A DNA stretch of 64,000 nt. Source: an uncultured delta proteobacterium. Its GTDB lineage: Bacteria > Desulfobacterota > Desulfuromonadia > Desulfuromonadales > CAWBQR01. The stretch covers positions 47,322 to 111,321 of the forward strand of contig CAWBQR010000020.1 of the NCBI GenBank assembly GCA_963791005.1, given 5' to 3'. The notes under the pieces are model-generated. The model was not told where the DNA came from. It did no database searches and saw only the letters and a list, made by a program, of their open reading frames with translations. A program made the translations under genes and the position numbers. The stretch's first letter is position 1; each line of letters begins with the position of its first letter. Positions 48,036 through 56,713 of this stretch are shown one piece after another.

Positions 48036-48636
48036 ATGATTGCACTTCTCAAGGGGCAGATAGCCTTCAAATCGATAGACCATCTGATTCTCGAGGTCGG
48101 CGGGGTCGGCTACCGGCTGCTGATCCCCCTGTCGACCTTCTACGCCCTGCCGGACGAGGGCCCGGTTCGCCTTCACGTCCATACCCACGTGCGCGAAGAC
48201 GCCATCCATCTCTACGGCTTTCTGACCTCCGGGGAAAGGGAGATGTTCGGGACCCTGCTTTCGGTTTCCGGCGTGGGGCCGAAACTTGCGCTCAACGTCC
48301 TTTCCCACATCCCGGTCCCCGACCTGAATCAGGCCCTGGGCTCCGGGGACGTGAAGCGCCTGTCGGGTCTTCCCGGAATCGGCCGGAAGACTGCCGAGCG
48401 CCTCGTCCTGGAGTTGAAGGAAAAGGCGCGGAAGCTCACTGCCGGCCAGGAGAGCGCCCCTGCCGCTGCGCCGGGCGGTTCCGGAAACGGACCCCTTCGC
48501 AGACATCCTCTCGGCCCTGGTCAACCTCGGCTACAAGGAAAACCAGGCCCGGAAGGTCCTGGAGACGATGGAAATCCCGCCAGGCATAGCCCTGGAGGAC
48601 GTGCTCAAGGGAGCGCTGAAGATCCTCGTTAAATAA
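48036..48636 (+). pseudogene. ruvA: Holliday junction branch-migration protein RuvA; one frameshift near 48487
   Basis: MIALLKGQI...[15 protein letters not shown]...[13 protein letters not shown]...[17 protein letters not shown]. Domain III ([19 protein letters not shown]...) lies in the shifted frame, stop 48634-48636. Confidence 0.9.
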
Positions 48637-48704
48637 CTGGGGGATTAATTGGGGGCTAGGAACTGGCAGATATTGCATCTTGTGTCTTAGCTCCTGATTC
48701 TTCA

Positions 48705-48739
48705 CCTAAAACTTAAAACTGGAAACTTAAAACTGATTC
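48705..48739. repeat. Five heptamer units CCTAAAA CTTAAAA CTGGAAA CTTAAAA CTGATTC ending 1 nt before the ruvB ATG
   Basis: Direct reading. Confidence 0.75.
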
Positions 48740-48740
48740 T

Positions 48741-49766
48741 ATGCCCGACCGCCTGATCTCACCCGGATCCTCCGGCGACGATGATTCCTTCGATGCCTCG
48801 CTTCGGCCCCGGAGCCTGCGAGAGTATGTCGGCCAGTCCAAGGCCAAGGAGAACCTCCAGGTCTTTATCGACGCCGCCCGCGGCCGGCAGGAGGCCCTGG
48901 ATCACGTCCTTTTCTACGGCCCCCCCGGGCTGGGGAAGACCACCCTGGCCAACATTATCGCCAGCGAGATGGGGGTCAGCATAAAAAGCACTTCGGGGCC
49001 CGTCATCGAAAAACCGGGAGACCTTGCGGCGATCCTCACCAACCTCGAGGCCGGGGACGTACTCTTCATCGACGAGATTCACCGCCTCTCCCCCGTGGTT
49101 GAGGAGATTCTCTACCCCGCCATGGAGGATTACCAGCTCGACATCATGATCGGCCAGGGACCTTCGGCAAGGACCATCAAGCTGGACATACCCCGCTTCA
49201 CCCTGGTCGGCGCGACCACCAGGGCCGGCCTGCTCTCCTCGCCCCTGCGCGACCGTTTCGGCGTCATCAGCCGCCTGGAATTCTACAGTCACGAGGAGTT
49301 GGCGGTCATCGTCAAGCGCAGCGCGGGAATCCTGCGCATCCCCATCGACGAGGCGGGCGGGTTCGAGGTCGCCAGGCGCAGCCGGGGCACCCCCAGGATC
49401 GCCAATCGCCTGCTGCGGCGGGTGCGGGATTTCGCCCAGGTCAAGGGCGATGGCACCATCCACAGGGAGATCGCCGACCTGGCACTGAATCGCCTGGAGG
49501 TGGACGGCCGCGGTTTCGACCACATGGACCGGCGGCTGCTGCTCACCATCATCGACAAGTTCTCCGGCGGACCCGTCGGTCTCGAAACCCTGGCGGCGGC
49601 GGTTGGCGAGGAGAAAGACACTATCGAGGACGTGATTGAACCCTTCCTCATCCAGCAGGGCTACCTCAACCGGACCCCCCGGGGACGGACGGCCACCCGC
49701 CTGGCCTATGAGCATTTCGACCGCCTTTTGCCTGGACAGGGGCCCGCGGGAAGTCTTTTCTCCTGA
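48741..49766 (+). CDS. ruvB: Holliday junction DNA helicase RuvB
   Basis: 341-aa intact ORF, Walker [10 protein letters not shown], Walker B FIDEIHRL, sensor regions conserved. Confidence 0.95.
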   Translation: MPDRLISPGSSGDDDSFDASLRPRSLREYVGQSKAKENLQVFIDAARGRQEALDHVLFYGPPGLGKTTLANIIASEMGVSIKSTSGPVIEKPGDLAAILTNLEAGDVLFIDEIHRLSPVVEEILYPAMEDYQLDIMIGQGPSARTIKLDIPRFTLVGATTRAGLLSSPLRDRFGVISRLEFYSHEELAVIVKRSAGILRIPIDEAGGFEVARRSRGTPRIANRLLRRVRDFAQVKGDGTIHREIADLALNRLEVDGRGFDHMDRRLLLTIIDKFSGGPVGLETLAAAVGEEKDTIEDVIEPFLIQQGYLNRTPRGRTATRLAYEHFDRLLPGQGPAGSLFS

Positions 49767-49865
49767 CCCCCAGGGGGGGCTTCGCCGGCTCCACCGTATC
49801 CGCGGACCGTCCCGTCGAAAGGGCTTCGCCCAGCCCCTGAGATTCTTGCCCTTTATAAAGACTCT

Positions 49866-52220
49866 ATGGACCCACAAACCCGCCACCTTTTCATCGCTCA
49901 ACTTGCCCACTGGGCCGAAGCCCTGATCGAGCAGGAACGCTCCCCATTCCGAAAGGTGGAGGTCCATCCAACCCTTCTGACCGGCAAGGGGGAGCTCTCC
50001 CCGCCCCTGGTTTTCTGGATCAACCGCGAGAGCTTCATGGCCGGCGGAGTCCTCCTCTTTCCCGATGGGGCTGAAAACGACCAAATCGAAACGGGGCTGG
50101 CGTGCAGCGCGGCTCTGGGTCTTCAACATTTCGTGACCTGGTCCTCGCAGGAAATCACCTTCTGGAACACCTTCGGCGGGACCCCTTCTTCACAGCGGAC
50201 ACTCCCCCTGGGTCGCCGGGCGTCCACCTCGGAATTTCGCCAGGCCCTGACGGCAATCATCAGGGAGCTGAAACTGCTTTCGGTCACAGGAGCCATCCCC
50301 CCCGCTCAGCTCTCTTCCCATTACCTGGCCAACCTCTGCCTGGGCGCTCTTCGGGCTGGGGCCCCCTTTCTGGAGGAGACCCATCGTGTGGCCCGGAGCC
50401 AAGAATTACTCGCGGGAGGAAACCGAACATCCCCTCCCATTGCGACCGAGGCTGCGCGAAAGGGGATGATGAGTCTGGTTCGTCTCCTGGCTCTTGTTTT
50501 CCATGATCGGCTGCCGGACAACGTTCAGCCCGAGGGCCTGGAAAGGGCCATGCGTTTTTCTGTCGACACCCTGCCTTCGGAGGTCCGCGAAGAGCTGAAA
50601 TTCTCTTCGGCAGAACTGCCGCTTCCTCCGGAAAGCGCCGTCCGCTATCACCATCTGTTCCGTCGGCTGGGCCAGCTGCGGTGCGGAGAGGACCGCCAGC
50701 GAGCGGGACGCGTTCTCGAACTCCTCCAGGAGCATGGAGCCTCCTCCCTGGGTGGCCATCCCCTTCCCTTCCCTCCCGCAGCATCGGATGCCGGACCGAC
50801 CCTCCTGGTCAACCCCGACCGTCTCTACCCCCACGGGGGGGAGCTGGTCGAGGTGGCCCCGCCCCCCATCCTCGCCTTCAACACCCTTTTGCGAAACCTG
50901 CAGGGATTGCCGCCGGCCCGGGCGCGGGGCTCCGACCTCTTCGCCCTTGGGACGATTCCGGAGCCGAAGACCGTCATAGGCGCCTTGACCAACAGCGCCC
51001 CCCCCAAGAGGGAGAGCCGGCCCACCCTGACCGCCATGCTTCGGGCCTCCTGGCCGACACGCCGCTTCGGCCTTCCCGCCGGCTCTCCGTGCTGGGTCTG
51101 GGAGTTGCTGCACCTTTTGGGCATCGCCGCGGAGGGCGCATCCCTGGGTCTGGACCTTTCGGACCAGTGGCTGACCGCCGATTTCGGCATTCCGATCGCC
51201 GACTTGCTGAAGGAACAATTCACTCTCGAACTTCTGGAGCGTTCTGCGGAAAACCGGGTGCGGATGCGCCTCATCAAGGGCGTCTTGCCGGAAAAGGCCA
51301 CCTTCTTCATCGGCCCCGACGGCCCCCGTGAAATACCCCGGGAACGGCTGAGAAACGAGCATCGCTCCTTTTTCCCCCTGGCCCTGACCCTCCCCGAACC
51401 GCTCTTCCGCCTCCTGGAAGAGGGGGCCCTGCGCATTCCCCGGGAGGGGAATGTACCCCAGGCAAGGCAAGAAGAGCTCCGCCTGTTCCTCCAATCTACC
51501 CTGGCCCGCTACCTCGGGGCAGTCCTCGGAAAGTCCCCTGTATCCCTTGTCAGGGCCGGAAACCTTCCGAAAGGGATCCTCCCGTCCGGAATGCCTCTTC
51601 CGTCCGAGGAAATCCTGAAGGACCTGGCATCTCTTTCAGGAGGGAGCCGCACAGCCGGAAGGGTGGAGATCGATGCCCTTCTTGCAAACCGCCTCGGAGT
51701 CGACCTGGCTACCGCGGCCCCGGCCGGCGACCTCTCCGGGCGTCGCACCCCTGCGGCCTCTTCGGCGAAAATCTCCCCCGAATCCGAAGCAGCGGAAAAG
51801 ATTGTCCAGGAGGTTTTCGTGGACGGGCTGCCCCATTTCCCCGAGCAATACCTGTATGACTACTATCGCCCTCCCCTTCGGGAATACACGTTCACCGGCC
51901 CCCTGACCTTGGAGGACGAGTTTTTCGGGAAAGTCGCCCTTTGCGACTCCATGGGCGAGGCCCTCCAGGTCGAGGGCGGCGAGACGGCTCGCGCGCTCCT
52001 GCTGGTCTCTCACAGCGGCCGTACGGCGGTGAGCCTGCCCGAGGACCGGGGGCTGACCGCGGCCATCCTGGAGCGCTATCTCAAGGATCTTGAACTGCTG
52101 CGCAGCAACCTGGCCAGAGCCACCCACATCCGGATCCCCGACCCCAAGGCGGCGGATTCCCTGGTCTGCAAGATCTGGGAATCTCTTTCCCTCCCCCCCT
52201 GGGATCTGGTCAAGGGCTGA
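49866..52220 (+). CDS. Large hypothetical protein, 784 aa, no recognisable motif
   Basis: Uninterrupted 2.35-kb ORF with balanced composition, while the antisense ORFs are Gly/Arg/Pro-rich. Same strand as, and 100 nt after, ruvB. Confidence 0.6.
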   Translation: MDPQTRHLFIAQLAHWAEALIEQERSPFRKVEVHPTLLTGKGELSPPLVFWINRESFMAGGVLLFPDGAENDQIETGLACSAALGLQHFVTWSSQEITFWNTFGGTPSSQRTLPLGRRASTSEFRQALTAIIRELKLLSVTGAIPPAQLSSHYLANLCLGALRAGAPFLEETHRVARSQELLAGGNRTSPPIATEAARKGMMSLVRLLALVFHDRLPDNVQPEGLERAMRFSVDTLPSEVREELKFSSAELPLPPESAVRYHHLFRRLGQLRCGEDRQRAGRVLELLQEHGASSLGGHPLPFPPAASDAGPTLLVNPDRLYPHGGELVEVAPPPILAFNTLLRNLQGLPPARARGSDLFALGTIPEPKTVIGALTNSAPPKRESRPTLTAMLRASWPTRRFGLPAGSPCWVWELLHLLGIAAEGASLGLDLSDQWLTADFGIPIADLLKEQFTLELLERSAENRVRMRLIKGVLPEKATFFIGPDGPREIPRERLRNEHRSFFPLALTLPEPLFRLLEEGALRIPREGNVPQARQEELRLFLQSTLARYLGAVLGKSPVSLVRAGNLPKGILPSGMPLPSEEILKDLASLSGGSRTAGRVEIDALLANRLGVDLATAAPAGDLSGRRTPAASSAKISPESEAAEKIVQEVFVDGLPHFPEQYLYDYYRPPLREYTFTGPLTLEDEFFGKVALCDSMGEALQVEGGETARALLLVSHSGRTAVSLPEDRGLTAAILERYLKDLELLRSNLARATHIRIPDPKAADSLVCKIWESLSLPPWDLVKG

Positions 52221-52230
52221 AAACGCACAA

Positions 52231-52263
52231 TTTCCCGGGGCGCTTTTTCTTTTCCCCGGGAAA
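52231..52263 (+). terminator. Stem-loop TTTCCCGGGG-(13 nt)-CCCCGGGAAA after the 784-aa ORF
   Basis: Perfect 10-bp inverted repeat 11 nt after the stop. No T tract follows, so terminator function is uncertain. Confidence 0.45.
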
Positions 52264-52304
52264 GTGGTAACATAGGGCATTTTCCACTCTCATCAGGCGA
52301 CCCC

Positions 52305-52844
52305 ATGAATATTCTCCTTCATATCTGCTGCGCCAACTGCGCCATCTATCCAGTGAAAGTCCTCCGGGAGCAGAATCACCGGCTGACCGGGTATTTCTTC
52401 AATCACAACATCCATCCCTACCAGGAATTCCGGCGGCGTCTGGAAACCGTACGGGAATACGCCGAGAAGGTGGAACTGAGCGTGATCACGAAGGAGGATT
52501 ATCTCCTTGAGGAGTTCCTCTCCAAGGTGGCGGCAAGTCCCCGCGACCGGTGCGATTACTGCTACCGCTCGAGACTGGAGGATACCGCGAGGACAGCCGC
52601 CGAGCAGGGCTTTGAGGCCTTTTCCACCACGTTGCTCTATTCGCGCTACCAGAATCACGAGATAATCCGCGCCTTCGCACAGGAGCTGGAAACCCACTTC
52701 GGCGTCAGGTTTCTCTACGAAGATTTTCGCACCGGGTGGCGCGAGGGCATCGAGACATCCAGGGCCATGGGCCTCTACCGGCAGCAGTATTGCGGCTGCA
52801 TCTATTCCGAAAAAGAGCGCTATTGTCCGCGCAGCAGGAACTGA
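52305..52844 (+). CDS. queH: Epoxyqueuosine reductase QueH (DUF208)
   Basis: MNILLHICCANCAIYP...RCDYCY...YCGCIYSE, the Cys pattern typical of QueH. Confidence 0.85.
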   Translation: MNILLHICCANCAIYPVKVLREQNHRLTGYFFNHNIHPYQEFRRRLETVREYAEKVELSVITKEDYLLEEFLSKVAASPRDRCDYCYRSRLEDTARTAAEQGFEAFSTTLLYSRYQNHEIIRAFAQELETHFGVRFLYEDFRTGWREGIETSRAMGLYRQQYCGCIYSEKERYCPRSRN

Positions 52845-52846
52845 CC

Positions 52847-53056
52847 GTGCAACCTGGAAAGCTTCTGATCATCGCCGGCCTGCTTCTCCTGGCGGCCGGG
52901 CTCTTTTTCACCTTCGGGGGCAAGATCCCCTTTCTGGGCAAACTCCCGGGGGACATTCGCATCGAACGGAACAACTTTTCCTTCTACTTCCCCCTGACGA
53001 CCTGTATCCTTATCTCGCTGCTCCTCTCGCTCATCTTCTGGCTTTTTCGGCGTTAG
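52847..53056 (+). CDS. DUF2905-family small membrane protein
   Basis: GTG start 52847. ...LLIIAGLLLLAAGLFFTFGGKIPFLGKLPGDIRIERNNFSFYFPLTTCILISLLLSLIF. Confidence 0.7.
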   Translation: MQPGKLLIIAGLLLLAAGLFFTFGGKIPFLGKLPGDIRIERNNFSFYFPLTTCILISLLLSLIFWLFRR

Positions 53057-53118
53057 CTCCCGCGCCGCTGTTCGTGGCCGGGAAAGTAAAACCAAATACG
53101 CTAAATCCTCAAAGCGTC

Positions 53119-53228
53119 CTCTCGCCCGCTCGCTTCGCTCACTGGAGGGCACAGAGGTCGCAGAGGAAGGCAAAAAACCTGGTTTATCTCTGCGACCTCT
53201 AGCGACTAAAAGGAGCGGGCGACAGAGG
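53119..53228. repeat. Dispersed palindromic intergenic element, copy B (~110 nt, folds as a long imperfect hairpin)
   Basis: Outer inverted repeat CCTCTCGCCCGCTC / GAGCGGGCGACAGAGG; inner perfect 12-bp repeat GAGGTCGCAGAG (53154-65) / CTCTGCGACCTC (53188-99). The core 53124-53205 matches the reverse complement of 4841-4919. Confidence 0.8.
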
Positions 53229-53360
53229 CCTTTAAAAACTTTGGGGGGTTCCCCAGGCCACCTCCCCTGCTCGGAAAATACCTTTGACGATGATTGCGGG
53301 CGCCACCTCCTGTGTTATCATATAACTTGCTAAAATGACTCAAACTTACCGGAGGAGACC

Positions 53361-53666
53361 ATGATTGAGCTCATCGAGAAGACCCTGCTCACCGGCATAG
53401 GCGCCCTTTCACTGACCCAGAAAAAGGCCGAGGAACTCGTCCAGGAGTTCAGGGACCAGCTCAACCTCAGCGAGGAAAAGGGCAAGGAGTTGCTGAACAA
53501 GCTCCAGCAGGCAGCGGAGGAAAACCAGGAAAAACTTGAAAAGCTGGCCCGGCAAGAGGTCGTGAAAACCTGTCAGAACATGGGCCTGGTCACCATGGAG
53601 GAGTTCGAGAAACTCCACAAGAAGGTCCAGCAACTCGAAAAGCAGCTCAAAGCCCAGGAAAAATAG
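53361..53666 (+). CDS. Phasin-like coiled-coil protein (COG3937-type)
   Basis: MIELIEKTLLTGIGALSLTQKKAEELVQEF...; 101 aa, sits upstream of ubiB. Confidence 0.6.
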   Translation: MIELIEKTLLTGIGALSLTQKKAEELVQEFRDQLNLSEEKGKELLNKLQQAAEENQEKLEKLARQEVVKTCQNMGLVTMEEFEKLHKKVQQLEKQLKAQEK

Positions 53667-53690
53667 TCCGCCATCGGAACTGCCTTCCAC

Positions 53691-55383
53691 ATGCTGTCTT
53701 TTACCCGAATCAACCGCAATATCCGTTCCATCCGGCGCTACCGCACGGTCCTGGGGATATTGATCAAGTACGGCTTCGGCCAGGTGGTCGAACAGCTCAA
53801 TATCAACTATTACCTTGAGTTGGGCCGTCGAATCGTCACCCTGGGAACCGCCCCCAAGGAGATCGAACGCCTGACCCAGCCGGTCCGTCTGCGCCTGGCC
53901 ATGGAGGAGCTCGGCCCTACGTTCATTAAATTCGGTCAGATTCTCTCCACCCGCCCCGATCTGATCCCCAGGGAGTACGCCGATGAATTCCGCAAACTCC
54001 AGGACAAGGTCCCCTCCATCGGCCTGGAAGAGGTGCAGAACCAGATCCGGAAGGAATTGGGACATCCCGAGGAGGAACTGTTTGCCGAATTTGCGCCGGT
54101 TCCCATCGCCGCGGCCTCCATCGCCCAGGTGCACCGTGCCAGGCTCCACAGCGGCGAGGAGGTCGTAGTCAAAATCCGCCGGCCCGGCATCGAGCGGGTG
54201 GTGGAGACTGATCTGGACATCCTGATGGGGCTGGCCTACCTCATCGAGCGCCACATTCCCTCGGGGGATATTTATGACCCCGTCGGCATCGTCAAGGAAT
54301 TCCGGCGAACGATCAAACGCGAAATGGATTTTTCCCGTGAGGGACATACCATCGACCGGTTCGCCTCCAATTTTGCCGAGGACCCCGTGTTTCACGTGCC
54401 GCGGGTTTTCTGGGACGTCACCGGCGAAACGGTTCTGACCATGGAGTTTGTCGAAGGCATCAAGGTTTCGGACTTCGACGTCCTGCGGGAAAAGGGTTAT
54501 GACCTCAAAGCCATCGCCCGAAACGGCGCCGACGCCTTTCTAAAGCAGGTCTTGGTCCATGGCCTTTTTCACGGGGACCCGCATCCGGGCAATATTTTCA
54601 TCCTCGAAGGCAATACCATCTGCATGCTCGACTACGGCATGGTGGGCAGACTCAGCGACAACCTCAAGTTCCAACTGGTGGACCTGCTGGTCGCCATCCT
54701 GCAACAGGACGTCGAAGGGCTCATCGACCAGCTGCTGTATTCAGGGGAGTTGACCGACGAGGTGAACACCCGCAGCCCTGCGCCGCGACCTGGCGGAATT
54801 CATCGACGCCTATTTCGAAATCCCCCTTCAGGAGATGAACGCCGGCCGTCTACTGGGCGAGTTCGTGGAAATCCTCACCCATTACCGCATCCGCTTCCCT
54901 TCGGACCTGATGCTGCTGGCCAAGGCCCTGGTGACCATGGAGGGGCTCGGAAGACAGCTCGACCCGGATTTCAACATGATTGGGCACCTCAAGCCATTCA
55001 TGGAGAAACTGGTTCGGGAAAAGTTATCTCCCGCCTCCCTCTCCCGGGAGACCCTTCACATGGTTCAGGCCTACGGCGCCCTGGTAAAAAATCTGCCCAA
55101 GGACATCAAAGAGTTCATCAACCGGGTCAACAGGAACAAGTTCAAAATCGACCTGGAGCACCGCGGCCTGGAGAGGCTGATCTCTGACCTGGATAAATCG
55201 AGCAACCGCCTCTCCTTCAGCCTGCTCATCGCGGCGCTTATCGTGGGCTCGTCCCTTATCATGCAGACGGAAAAAGGTCCTATGCTCTTCGGTTTTCCGG
55301 TGCTGGGCTTCCTCGGCTACTCCATCGCGGGCTTTCTGGGACTTTGGCTTGCCATCGCCATCCTCCGGTCCGGCCGTCTATAA
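53691..55383 (+). pseudogene. ubiB: ABC1/UbiB-family atypical kinase; one frameshift near 54776
   Basis: LGPTFIKFGQILSTRPDLIP, AAASIAQVHRA, HGDPHPGNIF. C-terminal part with two TM helices lies in the 54835..55383 frame. Confidence 0.85.
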
Positions 55384-55404
55384 CCACACGAGGTGTGGCT
55401 CAAC

Positions 55405-55430
55405 TGCAACACCCCCTTGCATTTCTGCAA
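55405..55430. promoter_or_regulatory. Overlapping inverted repeats TGCAA-N7-TTGCA-N4-TGCAA (enhancer/UAS candidate)
   Basis: TGCAA 55405-09, TTGCA 55417-21, TGCAA 55426-30; ~75-100 nt upstream of the sigma54-type promoter. Confidence 0.4.
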
Positions 55431-55502
55431 CAATTTCCTGTATCAAAATTCCACTCCCGAATTTTTTTGTTTGAATTCAACGCATTGCTTCCGGAGACTT
55501 AG

Positions 55503-55518
55503 TGGCAGGGAAATTGCA
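55503..55518 (+). promoter_or_regulatory. Sigma54-type promoter TGGCAG-N5-TTGCA upstream of lpxC
   Basis: Matches TGGCAC-N5-TTGCW with correct GG/GC spacing and one mismatch; 66 nt upstream of ATG 55584. Confidence 0.5.
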
Positions 55519-55583
55519 TTATTACGTTTTTTGGTAATACATCAATGATTTGACCTGACAGTTCAAGGAGGATATTCCCTACC

Positions 55584-56513
55584 ATGATTTCCCAGCGTAC
55601 CCTGGCCCAGCCCCTCATGATATCCGGCATCGGTCTTCATTCCGGGCACCGCATCAATATGACCCTGCGCCCCGCCGATGCCGGCACGGGCATCGTATTC
55701 CATCGAACGGAAGGGAACCGCACCGTTTCCATCGAGGCCGTCTCCGCCAACGTGGTCGACACCCGTCTGGCCACCGTCCTCGGGAAAAACGGGCTGACCG
55801 TTTCCACGGTCGAACATCTCCTGGCCGCCCTGGCCGCGTTTGGCGTCGACAACCTCCATATCGACATCGATGGCCCCGAAGTTCCCATCATGGACGGCAG
55901 CGCCGACCCTTTTGCCGCGCTCCTTGAAAAGACCGGGGTGCGCCGACTTGCCCGCAGCCGGAAATTTCTCGCGATTCGAAAGCCCATTTCCCTGGTCGAC
56001 GGGGAAAAGAGAATCAGCCTGATTCCTTCGCGGTTTTTCCGGATTACCTTCGACATCGCCTTCGACCATCCCTGTATCTCGCTTCAGCATCGGACCTTCA
56101 AGTTTTCGCCCGAGGCCTTCCAGAGGGATATCGCACCGGCGAGGACCTTCGGCTTTTTGAAGGAGGTCGAATATCTCAAATCCAAGGGTCTGGCCCGGGG
56201 AGGTTCCCTGGACAACGCTGTCGTCATCGGGGAGGATTCCATCCTCAACCCCGACGGTCTGCGCTTCCAGGACGAATTCGTGCGCCACAAGATCCTCGAT
56301 TCCATCGGTGATTTCAGCCTGCTGGGTTATCCCATCCTGGGCCATATCAAGGCGTACAAGACGGGTCACGACATCAACCATCGCATGGTGGAAACCATCC
56401 TGGCCTCTCCCGACTGCTGGAAACTGGTTGAATTCACCGAAGCGGACCTGACGGAAGCTTCCCGCGCAAGCAGCCTCGGCTTCGCTTCCGATTTCGCCTT
56501 TTCGGAGGCCTGA
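55584..56513 (+). CDS. lpxC: UDP-3-O-acyl-N-acetylglucosamine deacetylase LpxC
   Basis: 309-aa intact ORF; QRTL..P....GIGLHSG, TVEHLLAAL, GHIKAYKTGHDINH. Confidence 0.9.
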   Translation: MISQRTLAQPLMISGIGLHSGHRINMTLRPADAGTGIVFHRTEGNRTVSIEAVSANVVDTRLATVLGKNGLTVSTVEHLLAALAAFGVDNLHIDIDGPEVPIMDGSADPFAALLEKTGVRRLARSRKFLAIRKPISLVDGEKRISLIPSRFFRITFDIAFDHPCISLQHRTFKFSPEAFQRDIAPARTFGFLKEVEYLKSKGLARGGSLDNAVVIGEDSILNPDGLRFQDEFVRHKILDSIGDFSLLGYPILGHIKAYKTGHDINHRMVETILASPDCWKLVEFTEADLTEASRASSLGFASDFAFSEA

Positions 56514-56537
56514 CCGCCCAGGCTTCAGGGTCTAAAA

Positions 56538-56562
56538 AGGCAGCCTTTTGGCTGCCTTTTTT
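56538..56562 (+). terminator. Rho-independent terminator
   Basis: GGCAGCC-tttt-GGCTGCC followed by T7. Confidence 0.85.
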
Positions 56563-56713
56563 TCATCTACCCGCTCATCCTTGCATTCCAACCGGGTTTC
56601 GACCTAAAATCAAACTTTTAGTATGTGCAGTCCCGAGGAGAGAATGCCCTCTTCCCCCGAACAGATAACCAGGGAAATGACCGAAATCCCGGAAGCGCCG
56701 CCGAGAATGGATA

